A stretch of 64,000 bases of DNA from an uncultured Acidobacteriota bacterium (lineage in GTDB: Bacteria; Acidobacteriota; Vicinamibacteria; Vicinamibacterales; UBA8438): positions 1 to 64,000 of the forward strand of contig CAJWLU010000004.1 of assembly GCA_913043225.1 (NCBI GenBank), in the 5' to 3' direction. A program made the position numbers and the translations under genes. Each line of letters starts with the position of its first letter. Positions within the stretch are counted from its first letter, which is position 1. The notes under the pieces are model-generated. The model searched no databases. It had not been told where the DNA came from and saw only the letters and a list, made by a program, of their open reading frames with translations. Below, one piece after another: positions 33,522 through 43,916 of the stretch.

Positions 33522-33872
33522 ATGAAAGTCGATAAGCCCTGGGGATACGAATTGCGTTGGGCCCAGACCGACCGCTATGTCGGAAAAGTGATTCACGTGA
33601 ACGCGGGGCATGCCTTGAGCCTCCAGTACCACAAGGTCAAGGACGAGACCATCTTGCTCTGGAGCGGTCGCTTGCTGTTTGAGATCGGTGAAGGCAACGA
33701 GCGCGTGGAACGAGAGCTCGCCCCCGGGGAGGCGATCCACGTCACCCCGGGCACTGTCCATCGGATGACGGCCATCGAAGACTGCGATATCTTCGAGGTC
33801 TCAACGCCCGAACTGGACGACGTCGTACGGCTGGAAGACCGCTACGGCCGGAAAGGGACTAGTGCCCCCTAG
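33522..33872 (+). CDS. Cupin domain protein (resembles mannose-6-phosphate isomerase type II C-terminal domain)
   Basis: [45 protein letters not shown]. Confidence 0.88.
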   Translation: MKVDKPWGYELRWAQTDRYVGKVIHVNAGHALSLQYHKVKDETILLWSGRLLFEIGEGNERVERELAPGEAIHVTPGTVHRMTAIEDCDIFEVSTPELDDVVRLEDRYGRKGTSAP

Positions 33873-34306
33873 AAGGGAATATCGTCTTCGGTGAGCTCGG
33901 GGGGGGCAGGGGCTGGTCCACTACTAGGAGATGAACTAGGGCGAGCGCCGTAATCGCCGCCACCGCCCTCACCTCGTCCGCCAAGGAGCACGATCCGATC
34001 GGCCCTGACCTCGGTCGTGTAACGGTCGTTGCCGTCCCGGTCCTGCCACTTTCGAGTCTGTAGCTTACCTTCGGCGTAGATCTGTCGCCCCTTCTTCAGG
34101 TAATCGTTCAGGGTCTCGGCCTGCTTGCCCCAGAGCACCACACGATGCCACTCGGTACGCTCCTGCCGCTCACCAGAGGTCTTGTCGTTCCAGACATCCG
34201 TAGTGGCGAGACTGATCGTGCTGACGGCCGCCCCACCCGGCGTGTAACGCACCTCAGCGTCTCGCCCTAGGTTGCCGACGATGATGACTTTATTGACAGT
34301 GCCCAT
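33869..34306 (-). CDS. ssb: Single-stranded DNA-binding protein
   Basis: [29 protein letters not shown], acidic tail DDIPF. Confidence 0.98.
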   Translation of the reverse strand: MGTVNKVIIVGNLGRDAEVRYTPGGAAVSTISLATTDVWNDKTSGERQERTEWHRVVLWGKQAETLNDYLKKGRQIYAEGKLQTRKWQDRDGNDRYTTEVRADRIVLLGGRGEGGGGDYGARPSSSPSSGPAPAPPELTEDDIPF

Positions 34307-34335
34307 GCTGGTATCTGCTCTCGAGACTACGGCGG

Positions 34336-35184
34336 CTACTGCGACTGCCCGAGGCGGTCGAGCGCCTGCTGGGCAAGATTTGACATGTTGTGATCGGGAT
34401 GATTGCGGACCACCTGCTCAAACGCCTGGCGAGCCAGCTCCGATTCGCCCAGACGATCGAGGGCCAGCCCACGCTTGTAGAGCGCCTCGGCCACTGCATC
34501 CCCATCGGGGTAGTTCATCACGACCTGCTCGAAGGCGGATGCCGCCTCACGGTATCGGCCGTCGGCGTAGTGTGTCTGGCCGATGTAGAACTGCGCATCG
34601 TCAGCCAGCTCGGAGCGAGGAAAAGTGCCGATATAGGCCTCAAAACCCTGTACGGCCAGCGCCCACTGTCCGGTGGTGTAGTCGGCCCAGGCCTGGTCGT
34701 ACATCCGTTGTGGCGACACTCCCGGATTGACCGGAGCCACTGCGACCGGGGCCGGCACGGGCGACTCCACCGAAGTCGGAAGACCCGTTTCCGGATCGAT
34801 CGCCAGCTGGGTCACCTGGGGGAGCATCGGCGGAATAGCCAACCGAAGCGCCTCGAGCTCCTGCGACAAAGACGACACGCGCACGTTTGTCTCGTCCACC
34901 TTCTCACGAATCACCCGTACACCACCCGACAGGTTGTCCACCATCAGGCGCTGGTCGGCGAAAGCTCGACGAGCCGCATCATCCTGCTCGTCAAGTCTCG
35001 AAAGCAAGATCTGCAAGGTCTGGTCGAGGGTACCCAGCATCAGATGCAGGCGGTTGCCCTGTTCCTGCAGCATCCTGATGTCGGCCATCATCTGCTGATG
35101 CTCACGGTCAGCAGCCACCACCGGCAACCCCGCCACGAAGACGCAAACCACGCCGCATAGGAGGGAGGAAGACACACGTTTCAT
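34336..35184 (-). CDS. cpoB: Tol-Pal system protein YbgF/CpoB
   Basis: Signal peptide, N-terminal coiled coil, C-terminal TPRs ([10 protein letters not shown]); directly downstream of pal. Confidence 0.88.
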   Translation of the reverse strand: MKRVSSSLLCGVVCVFVAGLPVVAADREHQQMMADIRMLQEQGNRLHLMLGTLDQTLQILLSRLDEQDDAARRAFADQRLMVDNLSGGVRVIREKVDETNVRVSSLSQELEALRLAIPPMLPQVTQLAIDPETGLPTSVESPVPAPVAVAPVNPGVSPQRMYDQAWADYTTGQWALAVQGFEAYIGTFPRSELADDAQFYIGQTHYADGRYREAASAFEQVVMNYPDGDAVAEALYKRGLALDRLGESELARQAFEQVVRNHPDHNMSNLAQQALDRLGQSQ

Positions 35185-35258
35185 GGGACGTCCTTGGTTC
35201 CTGTACTCGGGGCGCTCGACGCCGCGCCCCTAATCCTACCCCGGCCAACCCGGGACTG

Positions 35259-35849
35259 CTACCTCGCCGTGATCACGAAATGGGCGCGGCGATTCGCCGC
35301 CCACGCGGTCTCGTTACTGTCGGGCTCGAACGGGAACTCCTTGCCATAGCTAACCGTCCGCACACGCTGAGGATCGACCCCAAGCTCGAGCAGATACTCG
35401 TGCGCCGCCAGGGCGCGGCGCTCGCCTAAGCCCAGGTTGTACTCGGGGGTTCCCCGCTCATCACAATGGCCTTCGATAGTAATCACCCAGCTGGGGTACC
35501 GCTGAAGCACCTCCACGTTCACCTCGACCGTCCGACGCGCCCGGGCGTCGAGGTCCGAGCTGTCCAACCCGAAGAACACCGGCTCAAGCGGCGAATCACG
35601 ATTGAGCTCCTCCAGAGTGCGTGACGCGAATTCCTCGTCCGGCGTCAATCCCAGCGGAAGATCAGGCGGCGGCGCCGGCGGGGGCGGTGAAGGAGCCGAC
35701 TCCGGCGCCGGCGTGCGCGTCGTTGGCGGCGGGGGCGTGGTCTCCGGCGACACTGGAGGAGGCTCGCGCACGCAGGCGACCTGGAGGCACGCGATTCCGG
35801 TGACCAAGACCACGGTCCGCATTAACGAACGACTCGCTAAACCCTGCAT
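35259..35849 (-). CDS. pal: Peptidoglycan-associated lipoprotein
   Basis: Lipobox-like QVAC; OmpA-like IEGHCDERGTPEYNLGLGERRA, VSYGKE, NRRAHF. Confidence 0.95.
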   Translation of the reverse strand: MQGLASRSLMRTVVLVTGIACLQVACVREPPPVSPETTPPPPTTRTPAPESAPSPPPPAPPPDLPLGLTPDEEFASRTLEELNRDSPLEPVFFGLDSSDLDARARRTVEVNVEVLQRYPSWVITIEGHCDERGTPEYNLGLGERRALAAHEYLLELGVDPQRVRTVSYGKEFPFEPDSNETAWAANRRAHFVITAR

Positions 35850-35890
35850 TCCCGCTCCTCCCCCTGTCTGCGCCCGGCGCCCGCCCAGGG

Positions 35891-37261
35891 CTACTTCGAC
35901 CAGGCCGGCATCTCGTTGTTGCCAACCGAAGTAAGCCGGCGAAGTCCGTTGCCATCGCGACCGATAGTGTAAATCTGCTTCATGCCGCTGCCACGGGTCG
36001 ACGTAAAGGCAACATGACGACCGTTGGGTGAATAGCTCGGGCTCTCGTTCGATCCAAGGCCGAAGGTCAGCTGCCGCACTTCGTTAGTGGCCAACTCCAG
36101 CACCTTGATGTCGTGGCCGGGCCCCGTCCGTGATGAGTAGGCGATCTCATTGTAGGGTGCCGGCGACCAAGTCGGCCGGTCGCAGTAGGACTCGTAGGTG
36201 AGCCGACGTAACCCGGTCCCGTCGGCGCCGATAACGTACACCTGTGGCGCGCCGCTGCGATCCGAGACGAACGCGATTTGCTGGCCATTCGGAGACCAGG
36301 TCGGACTAGTATCGATCGCCGGGTTGTTGGTCAGCCGACGCACGCTCGTCCCATCTACGTTCGCCACCCAGACGTCGTTGTTGTCGTCGCGGTTGGTATT
36401 AAACGCGATCTGGGATCCGTCCGGAGAGAAGGCTGGCAGCGAATTATGCACTGCGGTCGTCCCGTCGGCAGGCTTGCTCATCCGCCCCTCGAACATGTGT
36501 GAAACGATGACATCAGGAAAACCCGTAAGGTAGGAGGTATAGGCGATCGACCGACCGTCTGGCGACCAAGACGGGAACAAATTAAGTACCCGGGAGACCG
36601 TCACCCGGCGTTGATTCGCGCCGTCGTAGTCCGCGAGATAGATCTCCTTCACGGGACGATTCTCGACTAACCCCAGCACAGTATCGCTGTCACGATCACT
36701 CACAAAGGCGATCCGACTCCGCGCGACACCTTCCAGGCCCCGCTGGTGACGGTGCAGCTCGTCGGACAGCTGATGGGCATAGCGCCGCAGGTTATTCATG
36801 GTCCCGCTGTAAACGACGCCCCAGGCGGACTCAAGCGACCGCACCGAGAACAGCCGGGCCGTAATCTCGATCTGATTGGCGCCGGCAGACTCGACCGTAC
36901 AGCTGACCACGCCATCCGCCCCGAGTTCCCTCCACTGATCAAAGGGCAGATCGATCAGGGAACGGGCTGTCGGAATGGTGCGATAGACATCCCGCGCGAT
37001 CATGCGGAACTCCCGCTCGAAGTCCAGATCGTCCCACAGCACCTGCGCGATGATGCGGGCCGCCTCGGCCGTCGTCTCGTCTGGAGAAAGCGCTAGGCAG
37101 TCGGGCACGGCGAAGCTCGGCGGGCTGCCAATGCGATCGCCGATGATGAGACTAACCTCGTCCCGTTGGCGGTTCTGAGCGGCTGGAGCTGCGCCGATCA
37201 GTAGTGCCAGACTGGCAACTAGGCCAGCACCGAGCACAAAACGTGGGGTTGTGATCGTCAT
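35891..37261 (-). CDS. tolB: Tol-Pal beta-propeller protein TolB
   Basis: TolB N-domain (DDLDFEREF), ADYDGANQRR, PD40 repeats (PSWSPDG, PAFSPDG, PTWSPNG), terminal PAWS. Confidence 0.95.
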   Translation of the reverse strand: MTITTPRFVLGAGLVASLALLIGAAPAAQNRQRDEVSLIIGDRIGSPPSFAVPDCLALSPDETTAEAARIIAQVLWDDLDFEREFRMIARDVYRTIPTARSLIDLPFDQWRELGADGVVSCTVESAGANQIEITARLFSVRSLESAWGVVYSGTMNNLRRYAHQLSDELHRHQRGLEGVARSRIAFVSDRDSDTVLGLVENRPVKEIYLADYDGANQRRVTVSRVLNLFPSWSPDGRSIAYTSYLTGFPDVIVSHMFEGRMSKPADGTTAVHNSLPAFSPDGSQIAFNTNRDDNNDVWVANVDGTSVRRLTNNPAIDTSPTWSPNGQQIAFVSDRSGAPQVYVIGADGTGLRRLTYESYCDRPTWSPAPYNEIAYSSRTGPGHDIKVLELATNEVRQLTFGLGSNESPSYSPNGRHVAFTSTRGSGMKQIYTIGRDGNGLRRLTSVGNNEMPAWSK

Positions 37262-37269
37262 CGCAGAAC

Positions 37270-38058
37270 TCAACGTTCGTACTGGAAACTGAGGTGCACG
37301 GTGAGGTCGTTCTCTGGAAATCGAGACGGGAGCGGCGGCAACCGATCAATGAGCCGCAGGGCGCGCTCGGCGCTCTGGTCGAGAGCAAAATAGCCGCTGG
37401 TCGTCTCACGCTCGATACCGATGAGGCTACCATCCCTCTCGATGGTGAACTTCATCATCAACCCTCCTGTATACCCCTGCCGGTGGTTCCAGTTGCGCCG
37501 GATCAGCTCCATCATAGTGCTCAGATACTCGGGGCAGCAGAAGTCGCCCACTTCCAAGTATCCCGCACCGCCGAGGCCACCCGCCGATAAACCGAGCCCC
37601 CCGCCGGTCGACCCGGTCTCTGCCAGCGCGTTACCCTCGCGCAACTCCGGCCCCCGAGTCGGCATCCTTCCGCGCGACTCCTCGGGCGCACTCTCCGACG
37701 GCACATCCCGCTCGGGCCGTCTCGGCGCCTCAGGCTCTGGAATCGTCATTTCCGGCGGCTCTGGCGTGGGAGGCTGAATCCACTGGTCCTGGTCCGCTTC
37801 TTGGAGCGGGATCACCTCCTGCACCGGCCGCGCCGCCAGCGCCGTCTGTCCCCCCAGACTCGGACCGGCAGGCCCCCCCAGACTGATGGTCATGACCTCG
37901 TCGAGGTCGTCGGTGCCACTTGCGTCGAGGAAGCCGACGGGAAAGAACACGACGAGGGCGATCACCACTCCATGTCCGCCCAGCGAGATCCCCAGGGTGC
38001 GGACGAGATCGTCGTCGCGCTTGGCCCGTTCCCGCAGGATATCGGTGGTGGACTCCAT
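37270..38058 (-). CDS. TolA/TonB-family energy transducer
   Basis: TM helix with SxxxH (SLGGH), Pro/Glu-rich linker, TonB C-terminal fold (FTIERDG...SG...LDQSAERA); occupies the tolA slot. Confidence 0.85.
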   Translation of the reverse strand: MESTTDILRERAKRDDDLVRTLGISLGGHGVVIALVVFFPVGFLDASGTDDLDEVMTISLGGPAGPSLGGQTALAARPVQEVIPLQEADQDQWIQPPTPEPPEMTIPEPEAPRRPERDVPSESAPEESRGRMPTRGPELREGNALAETGSTGGGLGLSAGGLGGAGYLEVGDFCCPEYLSTMMELIRRNWNHRQGYTGGLMMKFTIERDGSLIGIERETTSGYFALDQSAERALRLIDRLPPLPSRFPENDLTVHLSFQYER

Positions 38059-38071
38059 AGGTAGTCGCGAG

Positions 38072-38539
38072 TTACCTGTCACTCGGAAACTCGGTGACCA
38101 GCCCCACGTTAGCAACGCCCCCGGCCTTCAATCGATCCATAACCGTCACCAGCTCCCGTACCCGGATGTCACCATCACTCCTGACGAAGACATCCCGCTC
38201 GGCGGCGTCTACCAGCTCCGAGCGCATACGCTCCTCGAGCATCTCGACCCGTACCTGTTCGTCGCCTACCTGCACGATGCGATCGATCTCGAAAGTAGCC
38301 GGAATCGTCACGAATAAACGCTCCGCCGCAATCGGGTCAGCGCGGCGAGCCTCAGGCAGCGCCACATCGAACCCCTGCTGCATCATCGGCGCCGCCACCA
38401 TGAAGATGATGAGCAGCACCAGCATGACATCAACGAGCGGGATCACGTTGATCTCGGAGAGCGACGTCGCCACCCGTCGACGGCCCCGGCGACTGCGCGA
38501 ACCGGTTGTATCAGCGCCCGCGTCCTGAATCTTCGGCAT
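38072..38539 (-). CDS. tolR: TolR/ExbD family protein
   Basis: SEINVIPLVDVMLVLLIIFMVAAP. Confidence 0.9.
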   Translation of the reverse strand: MPKIQDAGADTTGSRSRRGRRRVATSLSEINVIPLVDVMLVLLIIFMVAAPMMQQGFDVALPEARRADPIAAERLFVTIPATFEIDRIVQVGDEQVRVEMLEERMRSELVDAAERDVFVRSDGDIRVRELVTVMDRLKAGGVANVGLVTEFPSDR

Positions 38540-38546
38540 GCCCGCC

Positions 38547-39302
38547 TCAGGTGAAGTTCCGCTCTGAGATGTTAAGGAATTCCAGCGAGAAGTCCTCCAT
38601 CGTCGACAGGTAGAGCTTCACCTTGTTCGTCAGATGATTGTAGAAGTAGACGGCCGGGATCGCAGCGGCCAGACCGGCCGCAGTGGCGATCAAGGCTTCG
38701 CCGATTCCTGGCGCAACCACTGCCAAGCTGGTGGAGCCACTTTCGGCGATTCCAACAAAAGCGTCCACGATCCCCATCACCGTGCCAAACAACCCAATGA
38801 ACGGCGTGATGCTCGCAGTCGTGGCCAGCAGATGCACCCGATGCTCGAGTTTATTTGCCTCGACGGCCGAGGCCCTCAGGAGTGCCCGATCGAGCGCCTC
38901 AAAGCTCCGGAGAGTCGGACGCCCCTCCGACGGAGTCGCGCCGGCAGACTCGCCGCTCTGGCGTAGCTGCGCATTGAGTTCGGCGTAGCCAGCCTGAAAC
39001 ACGCCTACAAGCGGACTGTGAATCAGCGACCGGCAGACCGACTGCACCTCGGAAAACTTCGTGCTCCGTCGGAACACATCGAGAAAGCTCGAGGTTTGAC
39101 GCTCCAGTCGCCGATACTCCCACATCTTGCGGAGCGCGATAGCCCACGAGGCGACCGAGAAGAGCAGCAATATGAGGAGAACGGTCTTACTGAGAGGCGA
39201 CGAGCGGGCAACCCACTCGATGACGCTTCCGCCCAGACCAGCACCCGACGCGCCAACTGCCTCGCTCTGCAAGGCAATGGCGTAGTAACCAAGGGTAAGC
39301 AC
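38547..39302 (-). CDS. tolQ: TolQ/ExbB family proton channel protein
   Basis: TPFIGLFGTVMGI, VAPGIGEALIATAAGLAAAIPAV; GTG start after GGAGG. Confidence 0.92.
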   Translation of the reverse strand: MLTLGYYAIALQSEAVGASGAGLGGSVIEWVARSSPLSKTVLLILLLFSVASWAIALRKMWEYRRLERQTSSFLDVFRRSTKFSEVQSVCRSLIHSPLVGVFQAGYAELNAQLRQSGESAGATPSEGRPTLRSFEALDRALLRASAVEANKLEHRVHLLATTASITPFIGLFGTVMGIVDAFVGIAESGSTSLAVVAPGIGEALIATAAGLAAAIPAVYFYNHLTNKVKLYLSTMEDFSLEFLNISERNFT

Positions 39303-39429
39303 CAACCCCCTCCGTTGACTACAAAGCGCGCCGCTGGGAAAGCGCCGACAAGAGAAGGGTAGCACGGACAAGAAACAGCTGTCAAACGTATGATACGATG
39401 GAACTTCCTGCCTTTAGGGGTTCCTTCGC

Positions 39430-41058
39430 ATGATCCGGTTCCTGAGCATCAGAGACCTCGCTGTCATCGACCGATTGGAGCTCGATCTGAACCGAGGCTT
39501 CACCGTGCTCACGGGTGAAACCGGCACCGGAAAGTCGATCGTCGTAGGTGCACTCAGCCTCCTCCGAGGGGGACGGGCCTCTGCCGATCTCGTGCGGACC
39601 GGCGCCACCAAGGCTGTCATCGAAGCCGCCGCCGAGCTGCCGGATGGAGAGGAACGGGTGCTGCGACGGGAGGTCTCGGCCCAGGGTCGCAGCCGGGCAT
39701 TCATAGACGACCGGCTCGTGCCCACTAGCTCGCTTCGAACCCTGGGCGCCTGCCTTCTCGATCTCCACGGACAGCACGAACACCAGGCCCTTGTCACCCC
39801 CGCGACGCACCTCGATCTCCTGGACGAATACGCGGCACTCGGCGATCTCAGATCTGCGGTTCGCAAGAGCTTTACCGACTGGGGGGAGGCGCGCGAGGCG
39901 CTGGACGAGGCGCGCCGACTAGCCGCGAGCCAGGCCGAACGAGCCGAGCTCGTAGCATTCGAGCTACGAGAGATCGACAAGGTCGACCCCGCTGACGGCG
40001 AAGACACGGACCTAGCGTCCGAGCGCCACCTATTGGCGAACGCGGACCGGATCCACCGTCTGGCCACCGAGATCTGCGCCGAGCTCTATGACGGCGACAA
40101 TGCGATCCTCGGACGACTCGATACCGTATGGAAACAACTGGACGAGCTGGCCGAGTTGGTCCCGTCCTTAGCCGCCCACAGGGACAGCCGGGACGCGGTA
40201 ATCTCGCAGCTCGAAGAAGTCGTTTTCGCCCTCCGTCCCTCGGCCAGCGGCATCGAAGCCTCGCCTGAGCGCCTACAGAACATCGAGGATCGCTTGGCTC
40301 AGCTCGAGCGGCTGAAGCGAAGCTTCGGACCGACCCTGGGCGACGTAATCGCACGTCGTCGCTCTCTCCGAGAAGAGACCACCGGACTCGACGGCCAGGT
40401 TGCCGCGGAGGAGACCTTGGTCGAGTGTGTGGCCGCCGCACGCGCGTCCTATCTCGCCGCGTCCAGGACGCTGTCCGAGCGTCGCCGCGGTCAAGCAACT
40501 ACGTTGGCCTCCACCCTTGAACGGGCGCTCGCCGAGTTGGCGATGCCGCAAACGCGGTTCACCGTTACTTTCAGCGAAGCAGAGGATGAATCTGGCTGGA
40601 CCGAGCGCGGCAGGGAAGGCGTCGAGTTCTACTTTTCGGCGAACCCTGGAGAAGAGCTGCGTCCCCTCGCTCGCATCGCCTCAGGTGGAGAGCTTTCACG
40701 GGTCATGCTCGCGCTTCGGACGCTTACAGCCGACGAAAAGTCCGGGCGAACGCTGGTCTTCGACGAAGTGGACGCAGGGATCGGTGGAGAAGCGGCCGAA
40801 CGGGTGGGGGCGAAGCTACGGGAGCTGGCTCGTTACTATCAGGTGTTGTGCGTAACCCATTTACCCCAAATTGCGGCGTGCGGCACCGACCACCATCGCG
40901 TGAGAAAGGCGGTCCGGGGTGGACGAACGACCACTACGGTCGATTCATTGAGCGATGACGAACGGGCCGCGGAGATCGCGCGCATGATGACTGGCACTCA
41001 GGTGTCCGGCAACGTGCTTGCGACTGCCAGAGAATTGCTGCAATCAAAGAGCGAATAA
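39430..41058 (+). CDS. recN: DNA repair protein RecN
   Basis: LTGETGTGKS, HGQHEHQ, ASGGELSR, FDEVDAGIGG, VTHLPQIAA. Confidence 0.97.
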   Translation: MIRFLSIRDLAVIDRLELDLNRGFTVLTGETGTGKSIVVGALSLLRGGRASADLVRTGATKAVIEAAAELPDGEERVLRREVSAQGRSRAFIDDRLVPTSSLRTLGACLLDLHGQHEHQALVTPATHLDLLDEYAALGDLRSAVRKSFTDWGEAREALDEARRLAASQAERAELVAFELREIDKVDPADGEDTDLASERHLLANADRIHRLATEICAELYDGDNAILGRLDTVWKQLDELAELVPSLAAHRDSRDAVISQLEEVVFALRPSASGIEASPERLQNIEDRLAQLERLKRSFGPTLGDVIARRRSLREETTGLDGQVAAEETLVECVAAARASYLAASRTLSERRRGQATTLASTLERALAELAMPQTRFTVTFSEAEDESGWTERGREGVEFYFSANPGEELRPLARIASGGELSRVMLALRTLTADEKSGRTLVFDEVDAGIGGEAAERVGAKLRELARYYQVLCVTHLPQIAACGTDHHRVRKAVRGGRTTTTVDSLSDDERAAEIARMMTGTQVSGNVLATARELLQSKSE

Positions 41059-41067
41059 AAAACGAAG

Positions 41068-42477
41068 ATGCCTAGGCAATACTTTATCGAGACGTTCGGC
41101 TGCCAGATGAACGTCCACGACTCTGAGCGCCTAGCCGGGCTGCTCGACCAGGCCGGCTACGAGCCCGCTAAATCGGCCGGCGAGGCGGATCTCGTCGTAA
41201 TCAATACCTGTAGTGTGCGAGAGCGCCCCGAGGAACGCCTCTACACCGAGCTCGGGATGGTGCCAAAAGGCGAGGGTGGCAATAGCCCGATCATCGCGGT
41301 CACCGGATGCGTGGCTCAACAGGAAGGTGACCGATTGCTCGAGCGGAGCAGCCGCGTGGATCTTGTGGTGGGCACACAGGCACTCTCCCGTCTTCCCGCC
41401 ATGGTCGAACAGCTTGAGGACGCCCGCTCATCCGGTCATCTTGAGCAGGCCCGCGGCGGCCGCACCCGCTCGGACCAACATGTCGAGCGCGTTGACGTTA
41501 ACCCCTACGACAATGTGTCGTTCCCGCTCGGGGTAACTCGCCGCTCGGATCCAGTCAAAGCGTCGATCACGATCATCGAGGGCTGTAACGATTTCTGCAG
41601 CTTCTGTGTCGTGCCCTACACCAGAGGACACGAACGGATGCGACCAGTGCGCGAGATCGCCGAGGAGGTCCGGCAAGCTGCAGGGGAGGGACACCTCGAG
41701 ATCCACCTACTTGGCCAGATCGTCAACCACTACCAGGCGCCAGACCAACCGCACTGTGACTTCGCCGGACTGCTCGAGCTCGTGCACGAGATAAACGGAG
41801 TCGAGCGCATCCGGTTCGCGAGTCCGCACCCACGACACGTCACCAAGCGGATGATCGGCGCCATGCGCGACCTGCCGAAGGTGTGCCGCCATCTTCACCT
41901 TCCGGTGCAGTCCGGTTCGACGGCCGTGCTCAAGCGCATGCGCCGCCGCCACACGCGAGAAGCCTACCTAGACCTCGTAGCCCGACTGCGCGACGCCGTC
42001 CAGGACCTGGCACTTTCGACCGACATGATCGTCGGCTTCCCCGGGGAGACCGACACCGACTTCGAAGAGACCATGAGCCTAGTGCGCGCCGTCGGCTACG
42101 AAAGCATGTTCTCGTTTAAGTACTCCGAGCGCCCAAACACGCTCGCGTCGAAACGCCAGCCCGATGACATACCAGCAACGGAGAAAACCCGACGAATCGT
42201 TAAACTCCAGGAGACGCAGAAGCGCATCCAGCAACAGCTCCACGCACGCCGCGTAGGGGCGGTCGAAGAAGTCCTGGTCGACTCGACGAGCCGTCGGCGA
42301 AGCTCAGAGCTCGCGGGCCGCACAACACGCAACACCGTCGTCAACTTCAGCGCCCCGGACAAACTATTGGGAACCGTGGTGCCCGTCCGCATCACTAATA
42401 GCGGTCCATTCAGTCTCAAAGGTAAGCTGGCGACGGCCGCTGAGCGGCAAGGAGCAGACCTATGCAGATCGAAATGA
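41068..42477 (+). CDS. miaB: tRNA-2-methylthio-N6-dimethylallyladenosine synthase
   Basis: TFGCQMNVHDSE, NTCSVRE, radical SAM CNDFCSFC, HLPVQSGS, C-terminal TRAM domain. Confidence 0.96.
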   Translation: MPRQYFIETFGCQMNVHDSERLAGLLDQAGYEPAKSAGEADLVVINTCSVRERPEERLYTELGMVPKGEGGNSPIIAVTGCVAQQEGDRLLERSSRVDLVVGTQALSRLPAMVEQLEDARSSGHLEQARGGRTRSDQHVERVDVNPYDNVSFPLGVTRRSDPVKASITIIEGCNDFCSFCVVPYTRGHERMRPVREIAEEVRQAAGEGHLEIHLLGQIVNHYQAPDQPHCDFAGLLELVHEINGVERIRFASPHPRHVTKRMIGAMRDLPKVCRHLHLPVQSGSTAVLKRMRRRHTREAYLDLVARLRDAVQDLALSTDMIVGFPGETDTDFEETMSLVRAVGYESMFSFKYSERPNTLASKRQPDDIPATEKTRRIVKLQETQKRIQQQLHARRVGAVEEVLVDSTSRRRSSELAGRTTRNTVVNFSAPDKLLGTVVPVRITNSGPFSLKGKLATAAERQGADLCRSK

Positions 42478-42947
42478 CCCTCAAAGGGCTCATGGTCGAC
42501 CCGGTCACAAACACACCGATCGTGCTGCTCCATGACCCTGAAGGACAGCGCGTGCTGCCGATCTGGGTCGGGGCACCCGAAGCGAACGCCATCGCGCTAC
42601 AGATCGAGAACATCCCAGCTCCGAGGCCCATGACCCACGATCTACTGAGGAACGTGATCGCCGATCTAAAAGGCGAGGTACGCCGCGTAGTCGTGAACGA
42701 CCTCAAGGGCGACACCTTCTACGCCCAGCTGCATTTGCGCGTTGATGGCGCCGATGCGATCATCGACGCTCGGCCCAGTGACGCCATCGCTCTGGCGCTG
42801 CGGGCGCGAGCGCCGATCTTCGCGGAAGACCACGTAATCGTTAACGCGAAGTCACTTGACATGACGACCGACAAAGGCAACTCCGAGCGGCTCCAGCAGT
42901 GGCTCGAGAACCTCGACCCTGACGAGCTCGGCAAATATAAGATGTAG
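42462..42947 (+). CDS. Bifunctional nuclease family protein (DUF151)
   Basis: LPIWVGAPEANAI, PRPMTHDLL, IDARPSDAIALA. Confidence 0.93.
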   Translation: MQIEMTLKGLMVDPVTNTPIVLLHDPEGQRVLPIWVGAPEANAIALQIENIPAPRPMTHDLLRNVIADLKGEVRRVVVNDLKGDTFYAQLHLRVDGADAIIDARPSDAIALALRARAPIFAEDHVIVNAKSLDMTTDKGNSERLQQWLENLDPDELGKYKM

Positions 42948-43056
42948 CCGGCCGACCCAGACCGAGCGGGGCCAGGCCCGCCCTCCAATCCACGACATCA
43001 CTGCGAGCGCTAGAGGCACTCGCACCGACCGGGAAGGGGTGCCGTCCAGTCAACCC

Positions 43057-43085
43057 TTGCAGTCCCCCGCGCAGCATCCTAGAAT
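43057..43085 (+). promoter_or_regulatory. Sigma70-type promoter for parAB
   Basis: TTGCAG-17 nt-TAGAAT. Confidence 0.55.
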
Positions 43086-43140
43086 ATCGCGGTCCGTCCA
43101 CCCCAGCTTCCGGAGAGTCACCCGGCCTGTGTCTTCAAAG

Positions 43141-43899
43141 ATGATCGTCGCGATCACAAACCAAAAGGGCGGAGTAGGCAAGACCACGACCGCCCTCAAC
43201 CTCGCGGCCGCTCTGGCGATCCGAGGCAAGCAAACGTTGCTCATCGACCTAGATCCCCAGGGGAACAGCACACTGTCCTTCGTCGAGCGAGACCAGATCA
43301 CGGCCTCGGTCTATGACGCGTTTACCGACCGCTCCTGCTCGCTGGAAGACGTCATCGTGCCGGCCGCGCAGCAAGACAATCTATCGGTCGTGCCCGCCCG
43401 CATCTCACTGGCTAAACTCGAAGCCCGACTCGTCGGTGAACTTGACGCACACTTCCGGCTCAAGGATTTACTGACACCCCTGACCAGCAAATATCCGTAT
43501 GTCGTCATCGACTGCCCGCCCACACTCGGACTGCTGACAGTAAATGCCCTAGTCGCGGCGAGTCATCTGCTTATTCCAATCCAGTCATCCTATTTCGCTC
43601 TTGAGGGCACCGACGACCTCCTTGAAACCATCGAGAAGGTTCGCAGCCGCGCCAACCCTAGCCTTGACATCATCGGCGTGCTAGTCACCATGCACGACAA
43701 GCGCACGTCGCTCGGGAAAGACATACAGAATCAGATCAGCAAGGTGTTTGGCCCGAAAGTATTCAAGACCATCATCTCGAAGAACGTCCGGCTGGAGGAA
43801 AGTCCTGCGTATCGGGAATCGATCTTCTCATTTGCCCCAGACTCGAAGGGCGCGTCCGACTACTACAGCTTGTGCGAAGAGGTCATTGACCGTGCCTAA
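43141..43899 (+). CDS. parA: ParA/Soj family ATPase
   Basis: NQKGGVGKTTT, IDLDPQGN, IDCPPTLGLLT, NVRLEESP. Confidence 0.94.
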   Translation: MIVAITNQKGGVGKTTTALNLAAALAIRGKQTLLIDLDPQGNSTLSFVERDQITASVYDAFTDRSCSLEDVIVPAAQQDNLSVVPARISLAKLEARLVGELDAHFRLKDLLTPLTSKYPYVVIDCPPTLGLLTVNALVAASHLLIPIQSSYFALEGTDDLLETIEKVRSRANPSLDIIGVLVTMHDKRTSLGKDIQNQISKVFGPKVFKTIISKNVRLEESPAYRESIFSFAPDSKGASDYYSLCEEVIDRA

Positions 43900-43916
43900 T
43901 CAGGGGAGCAAACAGC

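Noticed and set aside
39380..39429. LexA box upstream of recN
   Set aside because: GAAC and GTTC half-sites are present but not in a spacing I can match to a known SOS box.
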